Part shown: in pieces, positions 62,172 to 64,000 of the stretch
Layout: each line of letters opens with the position of its first letter
How positions within the stretch are numbered: position 1 is the stretch's first letter
Origin: Heterodontus francisci
Lineage: Eukaryota
Direction: 5' to 3'
NCBI RefSeq assembly: GCF_036365525.1
Contig: NC_090410.1
Location: 9,088,861-9,152,860 of the forward strand
DNA: 64,000 nt
Position numbers and translations under genes: made by a program
Notes under the pieces: generated by a model
Told to the model about the DNA's origin: nothing
Seen by the model: only the letters and a program-made list of their open reading frames with translations
Databases searched by the model: none

Positions 62172-62590
62172 TGGGGCATTTATTGCCCATCCCTAATTGA
62201 CCTTGGAAAAAGTGGTGGTGAGCTGCCTTCTTTGACCGCTACAGTCCGTGTGATGTAGCTATACCCATGAGTGCTTCTCGTTCTTTGGCAGTTTGATGCA
62301 ACTGAGTGGCTTGCTAGGCCATTTCAGAGGGCAGTTAAGAGTCGACCACATTGCTGTGGGTCTGGAGTCACATGTAGGTCAAACTGGATAAGGACTGCAG
62401 ATATCCTTCCCTGAAGGACGTTAGTGAATCCGATAGGTAGTTTCATGATCATTATTAATGAGATTAGCATTTTATTGCAAATTTATTAATTGAATTTAGA
62501 TTCCCTCAGCTGCCAGAGTGGGATTTGAACTCCTGTTTCTGGAGCATAAGGCTGGGCCTCTGGATTACTAGTCCAGTAACATCACCACTA
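62172..62590 (-). mobile_element. tRNA-headed SINE (derivative with a longer LINE 3' piece)
   Basis: The - strand has TAGTGGTGATGTTACTGGACTAGTAATCCAG..GTTCAAATCCC, then leader, then CACACGGACTGTAGCGG..CTCACCACCAC..CAATTAGGGATGGGCAATAAATG. Confidence 0.82.
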
Positions 62591-62754
62591 ATTGTGGCTG
62601 CAATTTCTAATGCAGTGAGAACTAGGAGTCATTGTCTCAGGGTTAAGGGATCAGCCATTTAGGACTGAGTTGAGGAGCAATTTTTTTCTCTTTTGAGAGT
62701 TGTGTCTCTTTTGGAATTCTCTACTCCAGGAGGATTCTCAGTTGTTAAGTAAAT

Positions 62755-63232
62755 TCAGGAGGTTCACCAGACTAATCCCTGCGATGGCGGGATTATTTTA
62801 TGAGGAGAGATTGAGGAAACTGGGCCTGTATTCTTTAGAGTTTCAAAGAATGAGAGGTGATCTCATTGAAACTCAGAAAATTCTTACAGGGCGTGACAGG
62901 GTTGATGTGGATAGGATGTTTCCCCTGGCTGGTGAGTCTAGAACCAGGGGACACAGTCTCCGAATAAGGGACAAGTCATTTAAGATGGAGATGAGGAGGA
63001 GGTTCTTCACTCAGAGGGTGGTGAATCTTTGGAATTCTCTACCCCAGAGGGCTGTGGAAGCTCAATCATTGAGCATGTTCAAGACAGAAATCGATAGATA
63101 TCTGGATACTCATGACATCAAGGGATTTGGGGGTAATGCGGGAACGTGACGATGAGGTAGATGAACAGCCAAGATCTAAATGAATGGCGGAGCAGGCTCG
63201 ATGGGCTGAATGGCCTACTCCTGTTCCCATGA
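62755..63232 (+). mobile_element. CR1 LINE 3' fragment
   Basis: RRFTRLIP..YEERLRKLGLYSLE..RFFTQRVVNLWNSLP. Confidence 0.88.
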
Positions 63233-63287
63233 CTGAGATCAATAGATTCTTGGGCATTCAGGGAATATGGGGATAGTGTGGGCAAGT

Positions 63288-63653
63288 GGGCGGCACAGTG
63301 GCGCAGTGGTTAGCACCGCAGCCTCACAGCTCCAGGGACCCGGGTTCGATTCCGGGTACTGCCTGTGTGGAGTTTGCAAGTTCTCCCTGTGTCTGCGTGG
63401 GTTTTCTCCGGGTGCTCCGGTTTCCTCCCACAAGCCAAAAGACTTGCAGGTTGATAGGTTAATTGGCCATTATAAATTGTCACTAGTATAGGTAGGTGGT
63501 AGGGAAATATAGGGACAGGTGGGGATGTTTGGTAGGAATATGGGATTAGTGTAGGATTAGTATAAATGGGTGGTTGATGTTCGGCACAGACTCGGTGGGC
63601 CGAAGGGCCTGTTTCAGTGCTGTATCTCTAATCTAATCTAGAATCTAATCTAA
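63288..63653 (+). mobile_element. HE1-type V-SINE
   Basis: Full head, V-domain, HER1 tail with (CTAAT)n. Confidence 0.9.
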
Positions 63654-64000
63654 AGTGGAATTGATGTAGATCAGCTGTGAGCTAATTGAATGGCAGAGCA
63701 GACTTGAGGGTCTGTCCAAGACAGATTCCCCAACCCCCCACCCCTCCTATCCGTACTCCACCCTTTGTGACCTGGGAAATTGTCAGTCGCCTTTGTTGAT
63801 GAAAAAATCACTGCGGAGTGTATCCTGGTGGCTCGATTGGTAAGTCCGACCCCTGCACTCTGAGAGTAATTTGACAGCTGAGACCTTTGTCGATGGGTTA
63901 AATTTGCCTCTGTTCCCTGATTTAGGGAGGTCAAAAAATGCATCTCCGAGTTCTAATTGCCCATGTGCCAATGCCGGGCAAGGAGAGAGTTTGGGCTCCA

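Noticed and set aside
12871-63653. tRNA genes suggested by A and B boxes
   Set aside because: All are heads of HE1, DeuSINE or the tRNA-headed family, followed by SINE bodies. No stand-alone cloverleaf with a terminator was seen.

Overview
Repeat-dense vertebrate genomic DNA, almost certainly from an elasmobranch (shark or ray), judging by HE1-type V-SINEs, DeuSINE/SacSINE1-type SINEs and HER1-like CR1 LINEs. Three host genes are visible. nanos2 is a single coding exon on the - strand (8031-8522). fbxo46 is a single coding exon on the + strand (33993-35984). qpctl has its first two coding exons on the + strand (50580-50765 and 60535-60681), and the second is not called in the ORF track. Two ZNF143/ETS-type housekeeping promoters (about 3.5 kb facing left, about 18.2 kb facing right) flank nanos2. 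Most of the rest is CR1, L2, Tx1, RTE and Penelope remnants, SINEs, hAT MITEs and minisatellites. The most striking observation is a 3.2-kb non-LTR retrotransposon at 56445-59671 (-). It begins with a tRNA-derived Pol III head (A and B boxes), has no ORF1, runs straight into one APE+RT frame, and has no TTTT Pol III terminator on its sense strand. It is accompanied by four short derivatives that join its 5' leader to its 3' tail at different breakpoints. This is a candidate Pol III-transcribed autonomous LINE that generates its own SINEs. All repeat names come from pattern recognition, not database searches, and repeat boundaries are approximate.
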